29,423 nt of DNA from Clostridia bacterium (GTDB lineage: Bacteria; Bacillota; Clostridia; Peptostreptococcales; JAAYPU01), in the NCBI GenBank assembly GCA_028279945.1, contig JANQMT010000149.1:1-29423 (forward strand). Reading direction: 5' to 3'. The notes under the pieces are model-generated. The model had not been told where the DNA came from. It saw only the letters and a list, made by a program, of their open reading frames with translations, and searched no databases. Below are positions 19,468 to 28,727 of the stretch, in pieces. The position numbers were made by a program, and so were the translations under genes. The number at the start of each line of letters is the position of its first letter. Position 1 is the stretch's first letter.

Positions 19468-20946
19468 ATGAGTAAATACTTGCTAAGTGTAGACAATGGT
19501 CTTACAACGACAAAGGCAGTGATTTTTACACTTGAGGGCAAGGAAGTTGCATCCAGCCATGTGAATACATTGATCGAAAACAATGGTGATTTTGCCGAAA
19601 TTGATATGGAGCTGCAGTGGGCAAACACTGCAAAGGTCATTAAGAAATGTATATCAAAGTCAGAGGTAGATTCCCGAGAGATTGTTGGAGTTGGCAACAG
19701 TGGACATGGTGCAGGGCTATACTGCCTTGATGAAAGCAATCGCCCTGTTAGAAAAGCCATATCCTCTATGGATGCAAGAGCCAGCAGCATTATAGAAAAT
19801 TGGACCAAGAATGGTTTGAATCCATACAGCAGGATATATCAAAGCTTTTGGAGTGGGCAGGCCATACCTTTGTTGAGTTGGTTGAAAAACAATGAGCCCG
19901 AAAACTATGGAAATATTAGAAGCATCCTTATGGTAAAGGATTGGATCATATACTGTCTTACCGGTAGTGTAGGGATAGAATATACAGATGCCAGCAATTC
20001 CGGATTGATCAATCCTGTGGATAAGAAAGTGGATAAAGAATTGTTTGGAATGTTTGAAGTGGAAGAAGTTTATGAAAAAATTCCCAAACTTCGTAAAACA
20101 ACCGATATCGCAGGTTATGTAACAAAAAGGGCTGAAGAAGAAACCGGTCTAATGGTTGGTACGCCTGTAATAGGTGGGGTATTTGATTGTATTGCTTGCG
20201 CACTTGGCAGCGGTGTCTATGACAAGGATAAATATAGCATCATTGCAGGAACATGGAATATAAACTCAGGAATAGAGAATGCACTAATCAGTCCCCATGA
20301 CACAGTAAAATGCTCGCTTTTTATTGATATAAACAAGTATTTCTACACTGAATCCAGTGCTACCTCAGCAGTAAATCTAAGCTGGTTTATTGATCATGTT
20401 ATTGGAGGCTTCAACATCTCAAACACATCGGATGCGTGTATATATAAAGAAATTGAGGAAAGGATTAAAGAAATCGATCCAAGGTCTTCCGATATCATTT
20501 ATATGCCCTTTCTTTATAAATCCCATCTAGCTAATATGCAGGGAGCTTTTTTTGGGCTAAGACCTGAATACAATATCTTTCATATGATTAGAGGCATATA
20601 TGAAGGCGTTGCATTTGCGCATAAAATGCATATTGATAATCTAAAAAACTCCGGCATAACACGAAAAAGTGCAGTACTGTCAGGGGGAGCGTCAAAAAGT
20701 CCTCTGTGGAGTCAAATGTTTGCAGATGTTTTGAATATTGAAGTGGCTACGGCAGATGCTACTGAGGTTGGGGCTTTAGGCTGTGCTGTATGTACCTCTG
20801 TAGCTTTGGGGATTCATAAGAGCATCAAAGAAGCTATTGCTGTAATGGTGAAAGAAAAGAAGCATTTTTATCCGGAAAGCATAAATGAAGACATCTATGA
20901 TATGAAGTATCATTTATTTAAAGATATCATTCGAAAATTCATTTAA
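19468..20946 (+). CDS. FGGY-family carbohydrate kinase (xylulokinase/ribulokinase-like)
   Basis: N-terminal LSVDNGLTTTKAVIF, two actin-like ATPase halves, C-terminal GGASKSPLWSQMFADVL. RBS AGGGGAGAGG. Confidence 0.85.
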   Translation: MSKYLLSVDNGLTTTKAVIFTLEGKEVASSHVNTLIENNGDFAEIDMELQWANTAKVIKKCISKSEVDSREIVGVGNSGHGAGLYCLDESNRPVRKAISSMDARASSIIENWTKNGLNPYSRIYQSFWSGQAIPLLSWLKNNEPENYGNIRSILMVKDWIIYCLTGSVGIEYTDASNSGLINPVDKKVDKELFGMFEVEEVYEKIPKLRKTTDIAGYVTKRAEEETGLMVGTPVIGGVFDCIACALGSGVYDKDKYSIIAGTWNINSGIENALISPHDTVKCSLFIDINKYFYTESSATSAVNLSWFIDHVIGGFNISNTSDACIYKEIEERIKEIDPRSSDIIYMPFLYKSHLANMQGAFFGLRPEYNIFHMIRGIYEGVAFAHKMHIDNLKNSGITRKSAVLSGGASKSPLWSQMFADVLNIEVATADATEVGALGCAVCTSVALGIHKSIKEAIAVMVKEKKHFYPESINEDIYDMKYHLFKDIIRKFI

Positions 20947-20991
20947 TAAAGTGATTAGTTTTCTCAGAGACGATGAAAAGGAGGAATTTTC

Positions 20992-21753
20992 ATGGATTTA
21001 AACCTGAGAGGAAAGGTTGCTATCGTTACTGGCGGGAGCAGCGGGCTTGGAGAAGCCATTTGCGACATCCTATCGATGGAGGGCTGCAACGTAGTGGTCA
21101 ATTATATTGTCGATGAAGCCGGTGCCTTTCGATTTGTTGATCGATTGAATGACAAGAGCGATGCAAAAGCAATACCCCTATATGGTGATATTACAAAGGC
21201 ACATGATATTGAGAACACTATTGCCAGAACCATTGACATATACGGGAAAGTAGATATATTGGTCAATAATGCAGGCGTATGGCCTACCGAATGGGTTGAA
21301 AGCATGAGCGATGAGGAATGGGAGAAGACTTTAAAGATTAACCTGACAGGCCCTTTTATGTTCAGTAAGAGAGTCGTACAGCATCTTATTGGAAGGAAAA
21401 GTCCGGGAAAAATCATAAACATTGTTTCTCAGGCTGCCTTTCATGGGTCTACCAGTGGCCATGCACACTATGCAGCAGCAAAGGGAGGGCTGGTTACCTT
21501 CACGGTATCTCTGGCAAGAGAGGTGGCAAAGCATAAGATAAATGTTGTAGGCGTAGCCCCTGGCATGATGAGGACGCCTATGAACAAGAAAGAGTTGGAA
21601 GAAAGAGAAGGAGAATATATTAAGAGGATACCTTTGGGTCGGATATCTGATCCTAAGGAAGTTGCCTATACGGTTGCTTTTCTTGCTTCTGACAAGGCAG
21701 ATTATATCACCGGTGCAACGATAGATGTTACAGGTGGAATGCTCATGAGATGA
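20992..21753 (+). CDS. SDR-family oxidoreductase (FabG-like)
   Basis: GKVAIVTGGSSGLG, NNAG, YAAAK. RBS AAAGGAGG. Confidence 0.85.
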   Translation: MDLNLRGKVAIVTGGSSGLGEAICDILSMEGCNVVVNYIVDEAGAFRFVDRLNDKSDAKAIPLYGDITKAHDIENTIARTIDIYGKVDILVNNAGVWPTEWVESMSDEEWEKTLKINLTGPFMFSKRVVQHLIGRKSPGKIINIVSQAAFHGSTSGHAHYAAAKGGLVTFTVSLAREVAKHKINVVGVAPGMMRTPMNKKELEEREGEYIKRIPLGRISDPKEVAYTVAFLASDKADYITGATIDVTGGMLMR

Positions 21754-21773
21754 TTCATTTTACTTCAAGAGAT

Positions 21774-21802
21774 TTGACAAATGTCATGAGATTATTTATA
21801 AA
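21774..21802 (+). promoter_or_regulatory. Promoter (-35 TTGACA, 17 bp, -10 TATAAA) overlapped by palindrome TGACAAATGTCA (21775-21786)
   Basis: Second copy of the 12-bp palindrome, upstream of the regulator gene. Confidence 0.5.
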
Positions 21803-21920
21803 ATTTAGAATTTCGTTGAAATATTTTTATATATATGGTATTAATATTACTATAATCTTGTAATTGGCTAATAATTTTGATATTTCAAGAAATAAAATGT
21901 TATGATAAGAGGAATCGAAT

Positions 21921-22883
21921 ATGGACGCAAAATTTGATATTTCACTTATGGTTAAGGTTGCACAAATGTACTATATGGATGAAATGAAGCAGGAAAAAAT
22001 TGCAAAGGAGCTTCAGATTTCCAGGTCGCTTATTTCAATGATTTTGACAGAGGCTAAGGACGTAGGTATCGTCCAAATTACAATCAAAAATCCTCAACTC
22101 AATAATGATGAGCTTTCCAGAGAGTTTGAAAGTAAGTTCAACCTCAAAAAATGCATTATTGTGCCCACGGCTGTTCAGGATCCTAATACACTGAGAAAGC
22201 TGGTGGCACAGAGAGCTGTAGATGTATTTAATCAAGAAATAAAAGAATCATCTAATGTTGGTATTTCATGGGGTAGAACCTGCTATGAGTTTATAAACCA
22301 ATTTGTAAGTGAATCAGTTTATAAGAATGTTTCTGTTGTACCATTAATAGGAGGAAGCAACCAGACGGCACATTATTTTCAATCCAATGAAATGGTACGG
22401 CGTTTTGCTGAGAAGCTTGGGGCAACCCCTCATTTTATCTATGCACCCAGCTTGAATTCATCCATTGAAGAAAAACTGCTTTTTAAAAAAAGCTCAAATA
22501 TGCAGGTGATACTGGAGAAGTGGGCTGATATGGATATCATTGTGGCGGCTGTTGGGACACTTCCTGATTTTAATTCCCATGAGCGTGAAACTTATATCGG
22601 AGAATCGGAGATATTTAGAATCCTTGAAAAAAGCGAAGCTGTGGGGGATATTTGTGCAAGGTATTTTGATAGGGATGGTCAATTTATCGAGGACAAATAC
22701 TTTGAAAGAATTCTTGGAATATCCCTTGATGAAATTAGAAGAGCGCATACAACCATTGGGTTTGCTATAGGATTAGAAAAGGTAAATGCCATACTTGGAG
22801 CATTGAAAGCCAATATTTTCAACATTTTTATTACTGATGAACAAACAGCAAAAAATGTATTGAAGGCTGAAATACAAAAATAG
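21921..22883 (+). CDS. SorC/DeoR-family sugar-phosphate-responsive transcriptional regulator (Bacillus DeoR-like)
   Basis: N-terminal HTH VKVAQMYYMDEMKQEKIAKELQISRSLISMIL, sugar-binding domain motifs GISWGRT, VVPLIGG, GDICARYFD. Clearly alignable to B. subtilis DeoR from memory. Confidence 0.85.
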   Translation: MDAKFDISLMVKVAQMYYMDEMKQEKIAKELQISRSLISMILTEAKDVGIVQITIKNPQLNNDELSREFESKFNLKKCIIVPTAVQDPNTLRKLVAQRAVDVFNQEIKESSNVGISWGRTCYEFINQFVSESVYKNVSVVPLIGGSNQTAHYFQSNEMVRRFAEKLGATPHFIYAPSLNSSIEEKLLFKKSSNMQVILEKWADMDIIVAAVGTLPDFNSHERETYIGESEIFRILEKSEAVGDICARYFDRDGQFIEDKYFERILGISLDEIRRAHTTIGFAIGLEKVNAILGALKANIFNIFITDEQTAKNVLKAEIQK

Positions 22884-22907
22884 ATCACATATTTTTTTGT
22901 AACACTT

Positions 22908-22946
22908 AAACACCTCAACAGCTTTATAAGAGGTGTTTTTTTGTTT
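22908..22946 (+). terminator. Rho-independent terminator (AAACACCTC-N13-GAGGTGTTT then TTTTTTGTTT)
   Basis: 9-bp perfect stem plus T-tract right after the regulator gene. Confidence 0.65.
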
Positions 22947-23062
22947 GGGAGGCATGTTGCCCAGCCCATGGCTTTATCTCAGAAAAGAGCCGTGACAAAA
23001 TTTATGAAATATTCCAAACATTATATTGACATATGTTATGGATTTAGTTATAATTAAGAAAA

Positions 23063-23091
23063 TTGACAAATGTCATGTAAAAATTTAATAA
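23063..23091 (+). promoter_or_regulatory. Promoter (-35 TTGACA, 17 bp, -10 TAATAA) overlapped by palindrome TGACAAATGTCA (23064-23075)
   Basis: Third palindrome copy. A degenerate copy TGACATATGTTA lies at 23023-23034, 41 bp upstream. Confidence 0.5.
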
Positions 23092-23103
23092 GGGGGACTA
23101 CTC

Positions 23104-24186
23104 ATGAAAAAGAGCATTTCTACCATCATGTGTTTGGCATTACTGGTTGGATTAATATCAATGGCTGGATGTGCACCCAACGAGCAGAGCGATGCAACTG
23201 ATACACCTCCAACAGCAGAAGCGGAGCCCCTGCAAATTGGTTACTTCGTATCTGCATTAAACAACGGATTCCATCAGGCCCATGCAACTTGGGCGAAGAA
23301 CTATGCTAAAGAAGAGTATGGTGCTGAGGTACAAGTATTCGATGGCAAGTCGGATGCAAATGTTATGGCACAGAACTTTGATCAAGCCGTAGCAATGGGA
23401 ATGGATATGGTATCCCTTCACATTTGGCAAGGTGAGTCTATCAAGGTAGCAGCAAAAGAAGCTATCCAGAATGGAATGGCTGTAACGACATATTTTGATA
23501 AGATACCCGACATAGCAAATCCACACATCATGCCCGGTGAAGCAGAAATCTCAGAGCAAATGGGCAAAATTGCTGCAGAGCAGTGGAAAAAAGCCCACCC
23601 AGACAAACCAATTGTATTTGTTTGTATCGGATGGCCTGAGCATGAAGGCGTTACCACTGGTCGAACAAATCCTTTCATTAAAGGCGTGCAGAGCGTAGAT
23701 CCAAATGCAAAATATTTAGGCTGTATGGATGCAAGCAAAGGTGCGGATGCTGCGTTTAAAGTCACGCAAGATTTGATTCAAGCAAATCCTGATTTAAATA
23801 TTATTTACTCTGAGGCTGCAGACTTGACAGTTGGCGTACTTCCTGCGTTACAGCAGCTTGGCAGAGGAAAAATGGATAACGGCGTGCCGCTTACTGAAAT
23901 TTTATGCAGCGTGGATTGTCCCGAAAACGAGTTGATCGCATGCTTTGATCCAAGCAGCTCGCTAAAAATGTCAATGGGTCTTCCTCCTAAGGAAACGGCT
24001 ATAGTAAGAATAGATACCATGATGAAAATAAAGAATGGTGAATTAAAACAAGAAGATGCAAGCTTAGATACAATTTATGTACCTAACAAACTAATCGGTT
24101 ATTGGACGCAAAAAGATGTAAATGAAGCTGTAGATTGGTATAATGAGCAGTTTGGAGCGAGCTTGGCGGTACCTGAATACAATTAA
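23104..24186 (+). CDS. Sugar ABC transporter substrate-binding lipoprotein (PBP1, ribose/galactose-binding type)
   Basis: Lipoprotein signal LVGLISMAGCAPNE. RBS AGGGGGA. Confidence 0.8.
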   Translation: MKKSISTIMCLALLVGLISMAGCAPNEQSDATDTPPTAEAEPLQIGYFVSALNNGFHQAHATWAKNYAKEEYGAEVQVFDGKSDANVMAQNFDQAVAMGMDMVSLHIWQGESIKVAAKEAIQNGMAVTTYFDKIPDIANPHIMPGEAEISEQMGKIAAEQWKKAHPDKPIVFVCIGWPEHEGVTTGRTNPFIKGVQSVDPNAKYLGCMDASKGADAAFKVTQDLIQANPDLNIIYSEAADLTVGVLPALQQLGRGKMDNGVPLTEILCSVDCPENELIACFDPSSSLKMSMGLPPKETAIVRIDTMMKIKNGELKQEDASLDTIYVPNKLIGYWTQKDVNEAVDWYNEQFGASLAVPEYN

Positions 24187-24313
24187 TAACATACGGTGAA
24201 ACCCAGTGTAGTTGACACAAATTATCGGGAGGGACTTCATTAAGGAATTCCTCCCGATAGAATTATACAGCATCTACCGGTTGTCAAATAGCAAAGATGG
24301 GGGAGCGGAAGTC

Positions 24314-25816
24314 ATGAACGACTATGGATTACAAATCAAAAATCTTACCAAGGTTTTTCCGGGAGTACGTGCAATTGACGATGTAAGCTTTAATATACAC
24401 AGAAATACCGTTCATTGTCTGGTTGGCGAAAATGGTGCAGGGAAATCCACCTTAATAAAGATACTTACCGGTGCCTATGCCAGAACAAGCGGGACTATTC
24501 TTCTGAATGGGCAGGAATACGTTGCTCATAACCCGAAAGAAGCTAAGAACAAGGGGATCAGCACACTCTTTCAGGAGCTTAATGTGGTTGACCAGCTTAC
24601 GGTTAAAGAGAATCTAACCCTTGGAATAGAGGATACGACATATGGCTTTTTAAGGAAGTCTGATAAGGTAAAAAAAATGCTGGAAGTCTTAAAAGACATT
24701 GAACCCAGCATTGATCCGAAACAAAAAGTGGGAAGGCTTAGCGTAGCAAAGAAGCAAATAGTAGAAATCGCAAAAGCGGTTGCATCGGAGGCGGATATCA
24801 TTATTATGGATGAACCTACCGCTGCAATATCCGAAGGTGAAATCAAAAGACTTTTTAAAATTATAAAGGCCCTTAGAGAAAAAAATGTAACTGTGATATA
24901 TATATCACACAGATTGGATGAGATATTTGAATTAGGCGATAACGTTACGGTAATGCGTGACGGTAAACATATAGAAACAAAAAAAGTATCTGATGTTAAA
25001 GACCGTTCAGAGCTGATTAAAATGATGATAGGAAAGACGGTCATAGAGTCTTATATTCCAAAAGATCAAAAGCCGGACAACGTGCTTTTTGAGGCAAATC
25101 ACCTTTCCAATGAAAAGCTTCATGATATTTCATTTGATGTCAAAAAGGGTGAAATTGTCGGCTTCTATGGGTTGGTAGGAGCAGGGAAAACAGAGTTGGC
25201 ACGTGCCATTTATGGTGCAGATAATTATACCGGCTGCATTATATACAAGGGCAAGAAGCTTGCAGATTCCACGCATAAGGCCATAAAGGAAGGCATCGTA
25301 CTGGTCCCTGAAGAGAGAAGGACAGAAGGGGTATTTACGATACTAACCATTCGGGAAAATATCCCTATCATGAATATGGGCAAAATATCAAAGGCTGGTT
25401 TTGTAAACCGTTTAAAAGAGAGAAAAGCTGCCAATGAATTTATTACAAAATTAAATATCGTAACAAATAGCATGGAAAAAGAAACAGCAAAGCTTTCAGG
25501 AGGAAATCAGCAGAAAGTGGTATTTTCTAAATGTCTATTTGCAGATGCAGATCTTCTAATCCTTGATGAACCCACACGAGGTATTGATGTAGGCGCCAAA
25601 GGTGAGATTTATAGTATTATACGTCAATTGTCAAATCAAGGCAAATCCATTATGATGTTTTCCTCTGAATTACCCGAGATAATCAATAATTGCGACAGAA
25701 TATTTTTACTATATGATGGTCGAATAAAGGCAGAAATCAATAACGGCACTGATATCAACGGTGAAATGATTATCCATATCGTAACGGGGGGGAATAGTCG
25801 TGCAAAGCTTGAATAA
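24314..25816 (+). CDS. Sugar ABC transporter ATP-binding protein with tandem ATPase domains (RbsA/MglA type)
   Basis: Two Walker A motifs (GENGAGKST, GLVGAGKTELA), LSGGNQQK signature. RBS GGGGGAGCGGAAG before ATG 24314. The track's 24212 start is an in-frame upstream extension. Confidence 0.85.
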   Translation: MNDYGLQIKNLTKVFPGVRAIDDVSFNIHRNTVHCLVGENGAGKSTLIKILTGAYARTSGTILLNGQEYVAHNPKEAKNKGISTLFQELNVVDQLTVKENLTLGIEDTTYGFLRKSDKVKKMLEVLKDIEPSIDPKQKVGRLSVAKKQIVEIAKAVASEADIIIMDEPTAAISEGEIKRLFKIIKALREKNVTVIYISHRLDEIFELGDNVTVMRDGKHIETKKVSDVKDRSELIKMMIGKTVIESYIPKDQKPDNVLFEANHLSNEKLHDISFDVKKGEIVGFYGLVGAGKTELARAIYGADNYTGCIIYKGKKLADSTHKAIKEGIVLVPEERRTEGVFTILTIRENIPIMNMGKISKAGFVNRLKERKAANEFITKLNIVTNSMEKETAKLSGGNQQKVVFSKCLFADADLLILDEPTRGIDVGAKGEIYSIIRQLSNQGKSIMMFSSELPEIINNCDRIFLLYDGRIKAEINNGTDINGEMIIHIVTGGNSRAKLE

Positions 25817-26816
25817 AAGTAATACGGCAGGTTCTAAAATTAGCAACCTAACCTTTGTTAATCTGTCAATGCTATTGGTTTTGGCAGTCATTTTTACCAT
25901 TGCTTCTTTGGTTGTTCCAAGATTCTTTGACATCAACAACATATCCAATCTGATTGCACAACAAGCAGAAATCATCATACTCAGCATCGGTGTAACCTTT
26001 TTACTGATATCGGGCTATTTTGATATGTCCGTAGGTGGCATCATATCAATGGCTGCAGTTCTTTCGGCATATTTTTGTCAGGTACAGGGTGCGGCAGCGA
26101 ATGACTTAGGCAGCGGACTTGGCTTGGATTATGGTACGGCAATATTTTTAACCTTGTTGTGTTGTATGATCATGGGAGCTCTCAACGCATTGCTGATTGT
26201 AAGGCTGAGAGTGAATTCGGTTATTGCAACACTAGGTACAATGGCGGTTTCAAGAGGCATTGCGATGATTGTTGCAAAAGGTGCCCAAAGGATAACCGGC
26301 TTGCCGGCTCACTTTAAAATAATTGGTCAATTTACCATCATAGGAACCATAAATCTGGCAGTCGTGATTATGCTTATATTGCTGCTCATCGCATTGATTA
26401 TAGAGAATAAAACGGTATTTGGCAGAAGGACTTATCTAATAGGTGCCAATCAAACAGCCGCACGTTTATCCGGTATAAAGGTCGATAAGCATGTTACCAT
26501 GCTTTATATCTTCAGCTCGTTTCTGGCGGGGATAGCGGGAATTATCATGGCTTCAAGGTTCAACGCAGGTAACTGTACATTGGGTACCGGGTATGAGTTT
26601 GATGCGCTGGTCGTCACTGTTTTGGGTGGAACCAGTATTTTCGGCGGGTTTGGCTCTGTTACTTGTGCGGTAGTGGGTGCCTTTATCATCGGTATTCTTA
26701 GTACTTCAGTTAATATGCTTGGATTTCAGCCCTCTATGCAGATGCTGGTCAAAGGGTTTGTAATCATTGCTGCGATACTGGCACTGCGTTTAGCATTAAA
26801 TAAGAGAAATGTGTAA
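25800..26816 (+). CDS. Sugar ABC transporter permease (RbsC/AraH family), GTG start
   Basis: About 9 TM helices. RBS GGGGGGGA. Overlaps the ATPase stop. Confidence 0.85.
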   Translation: MQSLNKSNTAGSKISNLTFVNLSMLLVLAVIFTIASLVVPRFFDINNISNLIAQQAEIIILSIGVTFLLISGYFDMSVGGIISMAAVLSAYFCQVQGAAANDLGSGLGLDYGTAIFLTLLCCMIMGALNALLIVRLRVNSVIATLGTMAVSRGIAMIVAKGAQRITGLPAHFKIIGQFTIIGTINLAVVIMLILLLIALIIENKTVFGRRTYLIGANQTAARLSGIKVDKHVTMLYIFSSFLAGIAGIIMASRFNAGNCTLGTGYEFDALVVTVLGGTSIFGGFGSVTCAVVGAFIIGILSTSVNMLGFQPSMQMLVKGFVIIAAILALRLALNKRNV

Positions 26817-26829
26817 GGGGGTGGAAGAT

Positions 26830-27795
26830 ATGCATATCCTCAAAAGATTTTCATGGAAAACTGCGGTTAAGAATCTATATGTCCTTAGTGTTTTATTGCT
26901 GATTATATTGATTTTCAGTTCGGTTTCCGTAAAATTTATTCAAGGTCCTAATATAGTAAATATTTTAAGGCAGTCGGTACCACTGTTACTTATAGGAACG
27001 GCAGTAACACTGTTGATGATATCAGGAAACATTGACCTTTCAGTAGGTGGAATGCTTGGTCTTTGTTCAGTCGTTTTTTCGCTGCTATTGAAGGCTAATT
27101 TGGGCTATATGCTGTCAAGTACCATCACACTGATATTGGGCATATTCCTTGGATATGTCAATGGACTTCTGGTAGTCAGGCTTCGTATCGTACCTGTTAT
27201 TGCAACGTTGGCTACAATGAGCCTCTGTATTGGACTAGGAAAGTTACTTTCCCCTGGAGGAATCGGATTGATCAAAGGGCTTCCGGAAGACATCGTGAAA
27301 TTTGCTCGCACACCTTTCTTTTTGGGTTTGCCAGTCTCTTTCTATGTAACATGTGGGGTAATCATCATTCTGATTATACTTCAAAGGAAGACCGTACTTG
27401 GAAAGTATGCGGTGGCTATAGGAGGAAACAAAACAGCGGCAGAGCTCTCAGGTATTAATGTTGTGAAGACAGTGTGGTCCCTTTATATTTTAGTTGGATT
27501 TTGCTCTGCTTTAGCAGGTATAGCAAGAACCAGCCTTTTATCTCTTGGCGACCCTGTAACAGGCGCAGGAATGGAGCTGGATGCTATGATTGCTGTTGTG
27601 TTGGGCGGAACCAGTTTTTCAGGTGGAGAAGGTTCGGTAGCCAGAACCATCGTTGGGGTTTTGATTATCATGTGTTTGACGGCAGGGATGCAGGTAATAG
27701 GCATGGAGCCATACTTCCAATCTCTTGTCAAGGGTATTGTGCTTATTTTAGCTGTTGTCACAGATATAATGGTAAAAGAAAAGATTGAAGACTAA
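26830..27795 (+). CDS. Second sugar ABC transporter permease
   Basis: Paralog of the previous gene. RBS GGGGGTGG precedes ATG 26830. The track's start at 26809 lies inside the upstream gene. Confidence 0.8.
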   Translation: MHILKRFSWKTAVKNLYVLSVLLLIILIFSSVSVKFIQGPNIVNILRQSVPLLLIGTAVTLLMISGNIDLSVGGMLGLCSVVFSLLLKANLGYMLSSTITLILGIFLGYVNGLLVVRLRIVPVIATLATMSLCIGLGKLLSPGGIGLIKGLPEDIVKFARTPFFLGLPVSFYVTCGVIIILIILQRKTVLGKYAVAIGGNKTAAELSGINVVKTVWSLYILVGFCSALAGIARTSLLSLGDPVTGAGMELDAMIAVVLGGTSFSGGEGSVARTIVGVLIIMCLTAGMQVIGMEPYFQSLVKGIVLILAVVTDIMVKEKIED

Positions 27796-27875
27796 GGCTC
27801 CGCAATAATTGGTTAATATATATTTTGTGAGAAAAATTGTATCAATAAGGGGGAATTATCATTTTAAAATTATCT

Positions 27876-28622
27876 TTGAATATAGAACCGGTACTTACCA
27901 ATATGGACTTTTATGACAGGATAAAGGTGGCCGCAGAGCTTGGATTCAGTGCAATTGAGTTTTGGGATTCAGAAATAAAGGATGTGAAAAAGCTTGGCAG
28001 AATTGCCAGTGAAAATAATGTTAAGGTAGCGATGTGTACCATAAACGGCATTTTTCAATATGTTCTTGACAATCCATATCCTGTACTGTTAAAGGCTGTC
28101 AATGAGACAATTGGTATGATGAAAGAAATGGATTGCAGCTCAATGATTATCTTTTCAGGCAATACGGAAAGCAAATCTGATTCACAAAAGAACATCATCA
28201 TTGAAAACCTAAAAAGACTTGCTGAAGTTGCAGAAAAGGAAAGCGTAACCATCAATATAGAGCCTTTAAATTCTATAGTAGAATGTAAGGGTCATTATCT
28301 CGATTCACAATATAAAGGATTTGAAATGATTAAATGTGTGAATAGCCCATTCATAAAAATGGTATATGACGTTTATCATATTCAGATTATGGAAGGAAAT
28401 ATCATAGATGCCATTCAGAAGAATATAGACTGCATCAGCCATTTCCATTCGGCGGGAGTACCTGGCAGAAACGAGCTCTTCTTAGGAGAAAACGACTATC
28501 CCAATATCATAAAAGCAGTGGAAAAAACAGGATATAACGGATATTTTGGTGTGGAATATTGGCCGGCTTATGAGGACCATATGAAGTCGCTGCAGGAAGT
28601 TCTTCAATATTTAAGATCATAA
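27876..28622 (+). CDS. Sugar-phosphate isomerase/epimerase (xylose-isomerase-like TIM barrel)
   Basis: AAELGFSAIEFW N-terminal motif and conserved His/Glu metal ligands. Start uncertain (TTG 27876 or ATG 27903). Confidence 0.7.
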   Translation: MNIEPVLTNMDFYDRIKVAAELGFSAIEFWDSEIKDVKKLGRIASENNVKVAMCTINGIFQYVLDNPYPVLLKAVNETIGMMKEMDCSSMIIFSGNTESKSDSQKNIIIENLKRLAEVAEKESVTINIEPLNSIVECKGHYLDSQYKGFEMIKCVNSPFIKMVYDVYHIQIMEGNIIDAIQKNIDCISHFHSAGVPGRNELFLGENDYPNIIKAVEKTGYNGYFGVEYWPAYEDHMKSLQEVLQYLRS

Positions 28623-28727
28623 TATAAACAGCATTAGGCAGTTTGAATTTTTGGTCAGAGGCTAAAGTGGTTAAAGAATAGCGCTTATCAACATCATGTG
28701 TCGATAAAACTGGAAGAAGGGATTCAA

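Noticed and set aside
24212-24313. N-terminal 34-codon extension of the ABC ATPase as given in the ORF track
   Set aside because: A strong SD GGGGGAGCGGAAG sits 4 nt before ATG 24314 and the conserved N-terminus starts there. The upstream extension has no RBS.
26809-26829. Permease-2 start at 26809 (MCKGVED...)
   Set aside because: It overlaps the upstream permease stop and has no SD. ATG 26830 is preceded by GGGGGTGG.
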